From the NCBI RefSeq assembly GCF_009914755.1, contig NC_060939.1: 64,000 bases of DNA; one strand, written 5' to 3'. The DNA is from the human T2T-CHM13v2.0 reference genome, Homo sapiens. Below the pieces are notes generated by a model that worked only from the letters and a program-made list of their open reading frames with translations, was not told the origin of the DNA and made no database searches. Position numbers and translations under genes: made by a program. Numbering within the stretch: the stretch's first letter is position 1; the number at the start of each line of letters is the position of its first letter. This document shows, one piece after another, positions 36,669-55,116 of the stretch.

Positions 36669-39549
36669 ACTACAAAATTTCTAAATTAAAAGACAGCATT
36701 TGGTAATGTCTTATCTTCTCCAGCGAGACTGTACTTGTCCTGAGGCCAACTACTGTGCCATAATTCTTTATGTCTATCACAGGCTCTGGGGAAACATTTT
36801 ACACATAGTAGGCACTTTTTAAAAAATGAATGAAAGCATGAATACTGAATGTGTGCTTATCTCTGATTAGGTCTGGATGTTCCAAATAACAAGAACATTG
36901 CAATCTGATTGGCTCAGTTATTTTAATACCCCACCAAATTGCTTCTGCCCATGTTGATTATGTGATCTGCATGGAACAATTATGGCTATTGTAATTTATT
37001 TTATTTATACTACATCTCCTTTACAAAAAAGTATTTGAGACAGTACCACCCTGTTTTCATTCTAAATTTCTAGACCACTTCTATCAACAAAAGTTTCTTG
37101 ATATTAACAAGGAAAATAGTATTTGAGCAGTATCAAGTACCTTTAGCCACTTCCACGATGTTTCTTCAAATATCTCCCTTTAAAAAGTAACTTTTTGACC
37201 TCCCCTTTTTAAATTCTTAATAGAAATATACTTTGATTAGTTAGAAATCTAAATTGTATACTAGCTTTTAAATAGCTTAGTATTCAGGTTTCTTTGATAT
37301 GAACTTATGTAGGAAGTATAGACTTGTAGTTTGTTTATTTTTATTTAAAGATCATAAACCATTTTATTTTTTCTTCATACTTCTCTGTTCTTCCAAAGCA
37401 TCTACATTGGGCCCATATTATATAATAGAAAAATAAGTTACTATAATTTTTTTACCCTGCCATTTCCTCAAGCTGTCTCATCTGTCCATCCCTTTATTTC
37501 TGAACTTGAAGAAGGAGCCCATACACATTACTTTCACTTTTTCAGCGTTCACTCATTCTTTAATCCTCCCAACTCTGGTTTACCACTCTAATGAAACTGC
37601 TTTTCAAAGGCCATTGTTGTCCAATCATAAGATTAGGCTCTCTCTTAGGCTTTATCTTTCTCGGTCTTATTTGGAAAAGTACTTAACACAGTGTCCAATA
37701 AACAATCAATTCTCAATATATTTTAGTTCTGTTCCTACAAGAATTGCTTACTGTTATTGATTACATGAATAAATTTTTTATCTAAGTAAATTATTGCATC
37801 ACAATTAAAAGTTATGTAGGAAGATGACCAAATAGAATACTCCAGCAATTGTTCCCCCCAAACCCCTTCAAGGAATGCCATATTGAGCAACCATCTACCC
37901 AATAAAGCACCTTCATAAGAGCCAAAAATCAGGTGAGTGATCACAGTACCTGGTTTTAACATTATATCAGTGAAAGAAGAACTGAAGGGAGAAGGAAAGA
38001 CAGTCTTTAATTGCTGACGCCACCCCTCCACCATGCCCCAGCAGTAGCAATGGCCCTGTGCCACAGAAATAGAATCTGTGTGCTTGGAGAAGGGAGAGCA
38101 TAGTGGTTGTAGAACTTTGCATTGGAACTCAGTACTGCCCTGTCACAGAAGAAGCCACACAGCGCAGAAAGTAGCCAGTGCCCATGGAGGGAGCATTTAG
38201 ACCTGCCCTAGCAAGAGGGGAATTGCCCATCCCAGTGGTTGGAACCTGAGTTCTGGCTAGCTCTACCACCATGGGCTAAAACACTCAGGGTCCCTAAATA
38301 ACCTTGAAAAGCAGTCTAGGCCACAAGGACTAGAATTCCTGGTCAAATCCTGGTGCTGTTCTAGGCTCAGAGCCAGTGGACTTGGGGTACACATGACCTA
38401 GCGATATACCAACTGGGGTGGCCAAGGGAATGCTTGTGTCACCTCTCCCCTAAACCCAGGTAGCTCAGCTCGAAGCTCCAGGAGATACCCCTTACTTCCA
38501 TTTGAGGAGAAGAGAGAGAAGAGTAAAGAGGACTTTGTCTTGTAACTTGGATACCAGCTCAACCACAGTACAATGGGGTACTGGGTAGAGTCATAAGGCC
38601 CCCATTCCAGGCCCTTGCTCCAAAATGACATTTCTAGACACGCCCTGAGCCAGAAGAGAACCTGCTGCCTCTTCTGAAGGAAAGGACCCAGTTCTGGCAG
38701 GATTAATCACCCATTGACTAAAGAGACTCTGGGCCCTGAATAATCATCAGTGGTAGCCAGGCAGTACTCACCAGGAGCCTTGAGTGAGACACAATATCCT
38801 GTTGGCTTTCAGTGGCCATGAGGAGAGACTCTCTCTGCTTGTGGAAAGGAGAGAAAAGAGTAAAGGAGACTTTGTCTTTCAGCTTAAATATTGACTTGGC
38901 AACAGCGAGGTACAGCACCAAGCAGGCTCCCGGGGTCCCCAGTTCCAGTCCTTCACTCCTGGATGGCATTTTTTGAACCGCCCTGGACCAGAAGGGAGCC
39001 TACTTCCCTGAAGGTAGAGATCTAGGACTGGCAGCATTCACCACAAGCTGAAGAGCCCTTGGGCCTTGATCATCGCAGTAGCCAGGCAGTACTTGCTGTG
39101 GGCCCTGGGGTGATGATGGCCATGAGGAGAGGCTCCTTCTACTTGAGGGAAGGAGAGGGAAGAGTGAGAAGGACATTGTTTTGTGGCTTGGGTGCCAGTT
39201 CAGACACACTTTAATGGAACATCAAATAGGTTCATAAGGTTCCTGACTCCAGGCCCTGGCTCTTATATGGCATTTCTGGACCCACCCTGGGCTCAGGTGG
39301 AGCTTGTTGCCTTGAAGTTCCCATGCATGGCTGGATTTGCCTTCTAGACAGAAGCCTGGCTGGATTTGCCATCTGCTGATTGTAGAGCCCTTGGACCTTG
39401 AGGGAACATAAGCAGAAGCCAGGCAGTGTTTGCTGTGGGCCCTGTGTGAGACCCAGTATTGTGCTGGCTTTGGGTCTGACCCAGCACGTTCCCAGTGGTG
39501 GCCACAGGGGTGCTTGTGTCATTTCTCCTCCAGTTCCAAGCAACTCAGC

Positions 39550-39606
<57 letters not shown>
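39550..39606. repeat. (AG)n microsatellite in the L1MA 5' UTR
   Basis: About 28 AG units with one interruption. Confidence 0.95.
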
Positions 39607-39609
<3 letters not shown>

Positions 39610-41065
39610 CATTTCATTTGTTTGGGGAAAAGTAAAGCAAAAGTCTCTACCTGGCCCTAATGCAGATATAGCTGCAGTGACCAAATACTTAGATCACAAG
39701 ATTCAATTCCCTTTGAATACTTGGAAAGCTTTCCTAAGAAGAACAGGTACAAACAAGACTAGGCTGTGAAGACTACAGTAAATATCTAACTCTTAACTGC
39801 CCAGACACTGAAGAATATCAACGAGCATCAAGACCATCCAGGAAAATGTGACCTTACCAAATGAAATAAATAAGGCACTTGGTTGACAAATCACAGAGTG
39901 AAAAGAATATGTGACCTTTCGGACAGAGAATTCAAAATAGCTTTTTTGAGAAAGCTCAATGAAATTTAAGATAATACAGAGAAGGAATTCAGAATTCCGT
40001 CAGGTTAATTTAATGAAGAGATTTGATAATTAAAAAGAATCAAGCAGAAATTCTGGAGCTGAAAAATGCAATGGGCATATTAAAGAATGCATTGGTCTCT
40101 CAACAGCAGAACTGGTGAAGCAGAAGAAAGAATTATGAGCCTGAAGACAGGCTAGAAGACAAAAGAAAAGCGAATGAAGCATGCCTACAAGATCTAGAAA
40201 ATAGGCTCAAAAGGGCAAATATAAGAGTTATTAACTTTGAAGAATAACAGAAAATTTTCCAAACTCAGAGAAAGATATCAATATTCAAGTATAAGAAGGT
40301 TATACAACATCAAGCAGATTTAACCAAAAGAAGACTACCAAAAGGTGTTTAATAATCAAACTCGCAATGGTCAAGGATAAAGAAAGGATGCTAAAAGCAG
40401 CAAGAGAAAAAAAAATGAAGAACATAAAAAAGAGCTTCAATACATCTGGCAGCAGACTTCTCAGTGTAAACCTTATAGCCCAGGAGAGAGTGGAATGATG
40501 TTAAAGTGCTGAAGGAAAAAAAAAAAAACTTTTACCCTAGAATACTATATCCAGTGAAAATATCCTTCAAGCATTAAAGAGAAATAAAGACTTTCCTAGA
40601 CAAAAACTGAGGAACTTCATCAGCACCAGCCTTGTCCTACAAGAAATGCTAAAGGAAGTTCTTCAATCTGAAAGAAAAGGACATTAGTGAGCAATAAGAA
40701 ATCATTAAAGGTAGAAAACTCAATGGTAACGGTAAGTACAGAGACAAACACAGCATATTGTAACATTGTAATTGTGTGTAAACTACTCATATCTTGAGTA
40801 GAAAGACTGAAAGAAGAACCAATCAAAACGAATAATTACAACTTTAAAAGACATAGTATAATAAAATAGAAATAGAAACAACAAAATTAAAAAGCAGGGG
40901 CATGAAATTAAAGCATAGAGTTTTTATTAGTTTTCTGTTTGCTTAATTGTTAGTTACTTTGTTTGCTTTTGTTAGCAGTGTTAAGTTGTCATTAGTTTAA
41001 AATCATGGGTTATAAGATGTTATTTCCAAGCCGCATGGTAACTTCAAATCAAAAAACCTCCAACA

Positions 41066-41177
41066 GTCTGGGCACAGTGGCTCATGCCTTTAATCCCACC
41101 ACTTTGTGAGGCCAAGGCAGGAGGATTGCTTGAGCCCAGGAGTTCAAGACCAGCCTGGGCAACAGAGCAAGACACTG

Positions 41178-41224
<47 letters not shown>

Positions 41225-41400
41225 ACATAAAATAGCTATGTGTGCTGGCATGCACCTGAGATCCCAGCTACTCAGAAAGCTGAGGTGGGAGGATCACTTG
41301 AGCCCAGGAGATCAAGGCTGTAGCGAGCCATGATTGCACCACTGCACTCCAGCTTTGATAACAGAGCCAGACCCTGTCTCAAAAGCAAAATAAAACAAAA
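41066..41400 (+). mobile_element. AluJ with (AC)21 expansion in the middle linker
   Basis: gaggattgcttgagcccaggagttc; (AC)n at 41181-41222; flanks aaacctccaaca / aaacctacgaaa. Confidence 0.9.
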
Positions 41401-43042
41401 CAAACCTACGAAAGATACACAAAAAGTAAAAAGCAAGAAAGTAAAACATACTGCCAGAAAAAAAAATCACCTTCACAAAAAGAAAGGAAGAAAAGAAGGA
41501 AGGAAGAGAAGACTACAAAACAACCAGATAACAAATAACAAAATGGCAGGAGTAAGTTCTTACTTATCAATAATAACAGTTAATGTAGATAGACTAAAGT
41601 CTTCAATCAAAAGACATGGAGTGGCTGAATGGATTAACAAAGAAGACCCAATAATCGGTTGCCTATTCCAAGAAACACACTTCACCTATAAAGACACACA
41701 TAGAATGAAAATACAGGGATGGAAAAAGATGTTTCATGTAAATGGAAACCAAGAAAGAACAGGAGTCATTATACTTACATCAGACAAAATCTACTTCAGG
41801 CCAAAAACTATAAAAAAGGATGAAAGTCATTGTATAATTATAAAGGGGTCAATTCAACAACAGGATATAACAATTGTTAATAGATACACACCCAAAACTT
41901 GAGCATCCAGATATAGACAGCAAATATTACTAGAGCTAAAGAGAGAGATAGACCCCAATACAATAATAGTTGGGGACTTCAACACCAACTTACAGCATTG
42001 GACAGATCATCCAGGTAGAAAATCAGCAAAGAAACATTGGACTTGATCTGTACTATAGACCAAATAAACCTAATGGATGTTTATAGAACACTTCATCCAT
42101 AGCTACAGAATATACATTCTTCTCTTCAGCATATGGATCATTCTCAAGGATAGACCATATGTTAGGCCACAAAACACGTCTTTAAAAATTCAGAAAAATT
42201 GAAATAATATCAAGTATCTGACCACAATAGAATAGAACTGGAAATTAATAATAAGAAATTTGGAAACTATACAGATACACGGAAATTATATGATATGCTC
42301 CTGAATGATCAATGAAGAAATTAAGAGAAATTTAAAACTTTCTTGAAACAAATGAAAATGGAAACACAACATATCAAAACCTATGAGATACAGCAAAATA
42401 CGTACTAAGACCAAAATTTATAGCAATGAGTGCCTACATCAAAATAGAAGAAAAATTTCAAAAACAACCTAATGATGCATCATAAAGAACTAGAAAAGCA
42501 AAAGCGAACAAAACACAATATGAGTAGCAGAAATACATGAAATGGAAATGAAAAGGACAATACAAAAGATCAATGAAAGGAAAAGTTGACTTTTTGAAAA
42601 GAAAATTTACAAACCTTTATCCAGAATAAGAAAAGTGAGAAGACCCAAATAAAATCACAGATGAAAAAGGAAACATTTCAACCGATACCACAGAAATTCA
42701 AAGGATCATTAAAGACTATTATGAGCAAGTATATGCCAATAAATTGGAAAACCTAGAAGAAATGGATAACTTTCTAGTCACATACAACCTACTAAGATTG
42801 AACCATGAAGAAATCCAAAACATGAACGGACTAATAACAAGTAATGAGATTAAAGCTGTAATAAAAAGTTTCCCAGCAAAGAAAAGCATGGGATTTTATG
42901 GCTTTAGTGTTGAATTCTAACAAACACTTAAAGAACTAATATCAATTTTACTCAAACTATTCTAGAAAATAGAAGGAGAGAGAATACTTCCAAACTCATT
43001 CTACGAGGCCAGTATTACTCTGGAGTGCAGTGGTGTGATCAT

Positions 43043-43610
43043 TATGAAAACAAGGATATTTTGACTTCTTCCTTTCCAATTTGGACGCCCTTTATTTCTT
43101 TCTTTTGTCTGTTTGCTCTAGCTAGGACTTCCAGTACTGTGCTGAATAACAGCGGTCAAAGTGGACATCCTTGTCTTGTTGCAGATCTTAGAGGAAAGGC
43201 TTTCAGTCTTTACCCATTTAGTATGATACTAGCTATGGGTCTGTCATATAAAGTTTTTATTTTGTTGAGGTATCTTCATTCTGTATCCAGTTTTGTGAGG
43301 GTTTTTATGAAATGATGTTGAATTTTATCAAATGTTTTTCAGCATCTATTAAAATGATTATATGGTTTTTGTCCTTCATTCTGTTGATATGATGTATCAC
43401 ATTGATTGATCTGTGTATGTAGAACTATCCTTGCATTCATGGGATAAATCCCACTTTATCCCATGATGGTCATAGTCATGATGAATGATCTTTTTAATAC
43501 ATTGTTTAATTTAGTTTGCTAGTATATTGTTGACAATTTTCCCATCAATTTTCATCAGAGATATGGGCCTGTAATTTTCTTTCTTTGATGTGTCTTTGTC
43601 TGGTTTTGGT
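43043..43610 (-). mobile_element. Inverted segment of the L1MA ORF2 RT region
   Basis: Antisense L1 sequence (minus strand reads [25 protein letters not shown]) between two plus-strand parts of the same element. Confidence 0.9.
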
Positions 43611-43823
43611 TTCACTCTGTTGCTCAGGCTAGAGTGTGGTGGTGCAATCATGGCTGACTGCATCCTCATACTCCTGGGCTCAAGCCATCCTCCCTCCTCA
43701 GCCTCCTGAGTAGCTGAGACCACAGGCATACACCACCATGCCCGGTTAATTTTTGTAATTTTTGTAGAAATGAGGTGTTGCCATGTTGCCCAGGCTGGTC
43801 TGGAACTCCTGTGACTCAAGCGA
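43608..43823 (-). mobile_element. AluJ fragment with no tail, no 5' head and no TSD, at the inversion breakpoint
   Basis: ggtttcactctgttgctcaggctagagtg...aactcctgtgactcaagcga. Confidence 0.85.
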
Positions 43824-46424
43824 AGCATTGAGCATTTCTATATGCCAACAGTGAACAATCTGGAAAACAAATCGAGAATGTAACCCCATTTACATTAGCT
43901 ACAAATACAATTAAATACCTAGGAATAGACTAAAGTAGTAAAAGATCTCTACAGTAAAAACTATAAAACACTGATGCAAGAAATTGAGAAGACACAAAAC
44001 ATGGAAAAATATTCTATGTTCATGGATCGGAAGAGTTAATATTGTTTAAATATCCATATTATCCAAAACGATTTACAGATTCATTGCAATTCCTATGAAA
44101 ACACCACTGACATTCTTCACATAAATAAAAAAAAAATCCTACAATTTATATGGAACTACAAAAGACCCAGAATGGCCAAGGTCACCTTGAGCAAAATGAA
44201 CAAAACTGGAGGAATCTCATTACCAGACTTCAAATTATATTACAGAGCTATTGTAATCAAAACAGCATGGTACCTGCAAACAGACACATAGACCAAAGAA
44301 ACAGAACAGAGAACCCAGAAATAAATTTATAAATCTACAGTGAACTCATTTTTGACAAAAATGCCAAGAACGTACAATGGGGAAAAGATAGTCTCTTCAA
44401 TAAAAGGTGCTGGGAAAACTGAGTATCTATATGCAGAAGAAAGAAATTAGACCCTTATCTCTTGCCATACACAAAAATCAAATCAAAGTGGATTAAACAC
44501 TTGTCTAAGACCTCAAAATATAAAACTATTACAAGAAAAGATTGGGAAAGCGCTCCAGGACATTGGACTGGGCAATGATTTCTTGAGTAATACCCCATGA
44601 GCACAGGCGGTCAAAGCAAAAATGGACAAATGGGATCACATCAAATTAAAAAGCTTCTTGTAGCAAAGTAAGGAATCAACAAAGTGAAAAGACAACTCAT
44701 AGAATGGTAGAAAATATTCGCAATCTATCTATCTGACAAGGGATTACTAACCAGAATATATAAGAAGGTCAAATAACTCAAAGAGAAAAAAATGTAATAA
44801 TCTGATTTAAAAATGGGCGAAAGGAAATGTCAACAGGCTTTTCTCAAAAGAATACAAATTGCAAACAGACATATAAAAACATGCTCAATAGAAATGCAAA
44901 TCAAAACTACAATGAGATAACACCAGTTAAGATGGCTTTTATGCAAAAGCCAGGCAATAACAAATGCTGGTGAGAATGCAGAGAAAAGGTAACCCTTGTA
45001 CACTGTTGGTGGAAATGTAAATTAGTACAGCCACTATGCAGAACAGTATGGAGGTTCCTCAGAAAACTAGAAATAGAACTACCAGCAATGCCACTGCTAG
45101 GCTGATAGGTACATAGCAAAAAAAAAAAAAAAAAAAAGGAAATCAGTGTATCAAAGAGATATCTGCACTTCCATGTGCATTGCAGTACTATTCACAGTAG
45201 CCATGATTTGGGAGAAACCTAAGTGTCCATCAACAGATGAATAAAGAAAATGTGGTACCTATACACAATGGAATACTATTCAGCCATAAAAATGAACAAG
45301 ATCCTGTCATTTGCAACAACATGGGTGGAACTGAGGTTTATTATGTTAAGTGAAATAAGCCAAGCACAGGACAAACTTTGCATGTGATCACTCATTTATG
45401 GGAGCTAAAAATTAAAACAATTGAACTCATGGATATAGAGTAGAATAATGGTTACCAGAGGCTGGCAAGGGGTTTAGAGTTGGGGGAAGTGGGAATATTT
45501 AATGGATACAAAAATATGGTTAGACTAAGATGTAGTATTTTATAGTACAACAAGGTGATTACAGTCAACAATAATTTATTGTACATTTTAAAAATAACTG
45601 AAAGACTATAATTGGAATGTTTGTAACATAAAGGATAAATGCTTGAGGTGATGGATACCCCATTTACTCTGATGTGATTATTATGCATTGCATGCTTGTA
45701 TCAAAATATCTCATGTATCCCATAAATATATACTCCTATGTACCCATGAAACATTGAAAATTAAAAGAAACTTATACCGGCCATTAATACAGTTATATTT
45801 AGTTTACCTGTTGCTAATATGCCCAATAAATTTCAACAGTCTTTTTTCACTCATATCCAGGGTAGTTTAAAATCTCAACTCTCCTTTGTTCTTCCTGGCT
45901 GTGCTCAGTAACATAATTATTTATCTAAAATACACTTTCCTGGGGGGAAAATGACTAAATATCGGTGAGTACTGGCAGTAGGACACCTGCCCTAGCTTTC
46001 TAAGAAATCAAGCTGGCAGCCTAATGAAACTCAGAAAGAGGGATATAAGAAGCTGTTCACTGAATTAAGGTACTTCCACATCACAGGCCACTGGTCTTTT
46101 GTCTCAATGTTTATCCTCTACCCTTTCCCCAAGCTTATTGTCTAAACAGCCTCTAGCGAGAGCCTGCATCTGTTACCCAATTTTGGATTCCCCATGCTTT
46201 ACTGCAGCTCCTCTCCCTAGCCCACCAATCTGGACAGCTGTTTCCAATTTCCCTCACTGGCAATCCCCAGGTGCTACCACCTGGCCACTGCCAGGACTGA
46301 CGAGATAAAAGGTTTGTAAAACTCTGGGCAGGAAATAGCCTCAGCTCTGTGATTTGAATTGAGGTTGATGGGAATAAAACCAACCTACATTTATTAAATG
46401 TCCAATATTTGCCAGGCATTTAAA

Positions 46425-48550
46425 AAATAACAGCTTTGTTGACATAAATTACGTATCATAAAATTCACCCTTTTAAATCATTCAATGCAGTGGTTTTAAT
46501 GTATTTGTGGAGTTGCACAATCACCAAGGTCTAATTTTAGGACATTTTAATCACCCCCAAAAGAAACCTCATACTCATTAGCATATACTTGTCATTCTCC
46601 CCTGCCCCCAGTCTCTGAGTCTCTGGAAACCATTAATCTACTTTCTGTCTTTATGGATTTGCCTATTCTGGACATTTCATAAAAATAGAATTATATATAG
46701 CTTTTGTGTCTGGCATCTTTAACTTAGTCTAATATTTCCAAGTTCATCCGTGTTGCAGTTTGGATCAATACATTTATTTTTATATCCTAGTAATATTTCA
46801 TTGACTGGTTATATCATATTTTGTTTATCCATTCAGTAGTTGATGAACAATTGAATTGTCTCTACTTTTTAGCTATTATGAATAATGCTACTGTGAACAT
46901 CTGTGCAAGTTTGTCCATGGACATATTTTCAGTTTTCATCAGTATATATCTAGGAGTGAAAACGATGGGTCTTTAGGTAACCACATTTAACTTTTGAGGA
47001 ACTGCCAAACTGTTTTCCAAAGCAGCTGCACTATTTTACATTTTACCAGCAGTGTATAAGGGTTCCAATTTCTTCACATCCTTGCCAATACTTGTTATTT
47101 CCATCTTTTTTATTATAGCCAATCCTACTGGGTGTGAAATGGTATCTCATTGTCCTTCAGTTTGCATTTGCTGATGACTAATGGTGTTGAGCATCTTTTC
47201 ATATGCTTATTGACTATTTGTCTTTAGAGAAATGTCTATTCCAATCCTTTGCCCATTCTTTGATTGAATTATTGGTGTTTTGTTGAGTTGTAAGAGTGCT
47301 TTATTCTGGATATTAGACCTTTATCAGATATATGATTTGCAAATGTTTTTTCTCATTTTGTGGGTTGTCTTTTCACTTTCTTGATGATGTCCTTTGAAAC
47401 ACAAAAGCTTTTAATTTTGATAATGTCCAGTTTATCTATTTTTTCTTTTGTTGCATGTGCTTTTGGTATCATATCTAAGAAATCTTTCCTGATCCAAGGA
47501 ATGTTTTTACTCCTGTTTTCTTCTAACAGTTTTATAGTTTTAGCTCTTACATTTAGGCCTATGATTCATTTTAAATTAATTTTTGTATAGTGTATGAGGA
47601 AGGGGTCCAACTTCATTTTTTGTATAAGGGCATCCAGTTGCCCCAGGACGATTCATTGAAATGATTACCTTTGCCATTGAATTATTTTATACTATTGCTG
47701 AAAATCAATTGACCATAAGTAGAAGGACTTTTTTTCCTGTATTCCCAGTTCTTTACCATTGATCTGTATATTTAATCTTATGCCAGTACTGCACTATCAT
47801 TAGTGTGGCTTTGTAGTAAGTTTTGAAATCAGAAACTGTGAGTCCTTCAACTTTGTTCTTTTTCAAGATTATTTTGATTATTCTGGATTCCTTGTATTGC
47901 TATATGAATTTTATGATAAGCTTATCAATCTACATAAAACATGCTAGCTGGAATTCTGATAGAAATTGTTTTGAATCTGCAGATCATTTGGGGGAGTATT
48001 ACCATCTTAACAACATTAGGACGTTCATTATCAAGTATGACACTAGCTGTAGGTTTTTTATCGATGGTCTTTCATTAGGTTGAAGAAATTCCCTTCTATT
48101 CCTGATTTGCTGAGGTTTTTTATTAAGAAAGGATGTTGGAATTTGTCCATTTTTTCTGTGTTTATTGAGCTGATTCTGTGGTTTTTGTATTTTTTAATTC
48201 TGTTGGTATTATATTAGTTGATTTTCAGATGTTTACCTGACTTTGCATTCTTAGAATAAATCCCAGTTGGTTGTAGTGTAAAACACTGGATATTTTATAT
48301 GGCTGGATGTGGTTTTGCTAGTATTTCGTTGATGGTTGTAACATCCACATTCATAAGGAATATTGGTCTGTAGATTTTTTTCTCTTGTGAAATCTTTGTC
48401 TGGTTTTGGTATGGTGGTAATGAATGAATTGGCAAGTATTCTCTCCTTTTCTATTTTTTAATGGAAAAGCTTGAGAAAGATTGGTGTTAATTCTTTAAAA
48501 GTTGAGTGGAATTTATTGGTAAAGCATCTGGGCCTGGGATTTTTATGGGA

Positions 48551-48552
<2 letters not shown>
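46425..48552 (-). mobile_element. L1MB element, 3' part (continues at 56025-57750)
   Basis: aacagctttgttgacataaattacgtatcataaaattcacc 3' end. ORF2 antisense runs to catctgggcctgggatttttatgggaag. Confidence 0.85.
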
Positions 48553-49432
<880 letters not shown>

Positions 49433-50208
49433 ACAGCGCATCCTACTTTCCATTGCTGGTCTATTATGATCCCTGCACCAGCTCTGTCAAGTAGGCTAGC
49501 CACTGACATTCTTGCACAGATTCATCAGTGGAAGCCTGGACAGGTTAAAGATAGGTGGCTAGATAATGAGTCATTGCAAATCAGAATAGCAAGTCTTCTG
49601 AGCAAAGGGAAAGCAGAGAAAAAGAGGGTCAGGGAGCACAGAACAGAGGCAGCTAATCCAACTGGAGATGGAAACCCTTTCAGGAGTTCCAATGCCAGTC
49701 CTTCAGTGGCGCAACCCTGAAACCTCAACAGAGTTTTCAAAATGACATGCACAGGCTTCCACATTTGGGCTCAGTCCCAACTCTCCTTCCGATTGCAGAG
49801 AGAGGTTGCTCTGGAAAGTCATAGGGAAGGGCCCTACAGATGACCTCGGACGAACACCCTCTCAACACCCAAGTCTAGAACCCTTCAGAATTTTCTGGAG
49901 CTGCCTCCTTCTGCCCTGGCATTTGCACCCACAGCTGTCTGTGCCTTACAGTGTACTTCTCTCCCCTTCTCCCTTGGTGACTCCTTATTTCTTTTTTTTT
50001 TTAATTATACTTTAAGTTTTAGGGTACATGTGCACATTGTGCAGGTTAGTTACTTATGTATACATGTGCCATGCTGGTGCGCTGCACCCACTAACTCGTC
50101 ATCTAGCATTAGGTATATCTCCCAATGCTATCCCTCCCCCCTCCCCCCACCCCACAACAGTCCCCAGAGTGTGATATTCCCCTTCCTGTGTCCATGTGAT
50201 CTCATTGT

Positions 50209-54036
<3,828 letters not shown>

Positions 54037-54099
54037 TATGATGTTAGCTGGTTATTTTGCTCGTTAGTTGATGCAGTTTCTTCCTAGTCTCGATGGTCT

Positions 54100-55116
54100 T
54101 TACATTTTGGCATGATTTTGCAGCGGCTGGTACCGGTTGTTCCTTTCCATGTTTAGTGCTTCCTTCAGGAGCTCTTGTAAGGCCGGCCTGGTGGTGACAA
54201 AATCTCTCAGCATTTGCTTGTCTGTAAAGTATTTTATTTCTCCTTCACTTATGAAGCTTGGTTTGGCTGGATATGAAATTCTGGGTTGAAAATTCTTGTC
54301 TTTAAGAATGTTGAATATTGGCCCCCACTCTCTTCTGGCTTGTAGGGTTTCTGCCGAGAGATCCGCTGTTAGTCTGATGGCCTTCCCTTTGAGGGTAACC
54401 CGACCTTTCTCTGTGGCTGCCCTTAACATTTTTTCCTTCATTTCAACTTTGGTGAATCTGACAATTATGTGTCTTGGAGTTGCTCTTCTCGAGGAGTATC
54501 TTTGTGGCGTTCTCTGTATTTCCTGAATCTGAACGTTGGCCTGCCTTGCTAGATTGGGGAAGTTCTCCTGGATAATATCCTGCAGAGTGTTTTCCAACTT
54601 GGTTCCATTCTCCCCATCACTTTCAGGTACACCAATCAGATGTAGATTTGGTCTTTTCACATAGTCCCATATTTCTTGGAGGCTTTGCTCATTTCTTTTT
54701 ATTATTTTTTCTCTAAACTTCCCTTCTAGCTTCATTTCATTCATTTCATCTTCCATCGCTGATACCCTTTCTTCCAGTTGATCGCGTCGGCTCCTGAGGC
54801 TTCTGCATTCTTCACGTAGCTCTCGAGCCTTGGTTTTCAGCTCCATCAGCTCCTTTAAGCACTTCTCTGTATTGGTTATTCTAGTTATACCTTCTTCTAA
54901 ATTTTTTTCAAAGTTTTCAACTTCTTTGCCTTTGGTTTGAATATCCTCCCGTAGCTCAGAGTAATTTGATCGTCTGAAGCCTTCTTCTCTCAGCTCGTCA
55001 AAGTCATTCTCCGTCCAGCTTTGTTCCATTGCTGGTGAGGAACTGCGTTCCTTTGGAGGAGGAGAGGTGCTCTGATTTTTAGAGTTTCCAGTTTTTCTGT
55101 TCTGTTTTTTCCCCAT
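54100..55116 (-). CDS. LINE-1 ORF1p (338 aa, open)
   Basis: MGKKQNRKTGNSK...QNHAKM. REKG reads TEKG and YPAKLS reads YPAKPS; ARR intact. Confidence 0.9.
   Translation of the reverse strand: MGKKQNRKTGNSKNQSTSPPPKERSSSPAMEQSWTENDFDELREEGFRRSNYSELREDIQTKGKEVENFEKNLEEGITRITNTEKCLKELMELKTKARELREECRSLRSRRDQLEERVSAMEDEMNEMKLEGKFREKIIKRNEQSLQEIWDYVKRPNLHLIGVPESDGENGTKLENTLQDIIQENFPNLARQANVQIQEIQRTPQRYSSRRATPRHIIVRFTKVEMKEKMLRAATEKGRVTLKGKAIRLTADLSAETLQARREWGPIFNILKDKNFQPRISYPAKPSFISEGEIKYFTDKQMLRDFVTTRPALQELLKEALNMERNNRYQPLQNHAKM

Larger units (their letters stand above)
37815..45770 (+). mobile_element. Near full-length L1MA2/3-like element (5' UTR with tandem monomers, decayed ORF1/ORF2, internal inversion)
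   Basis: 5' start gaagatgaccaaatagaa. ORF1 remnant ~39790-40690. ORF2 start MAGVSSYLSIITVNV...QETHFTYKD at ~41543. L1MA-type 3' UTR ends caaaatatctcatgtatcccataaatata...aaaattaaaagaaa. Confidence 0.88.
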
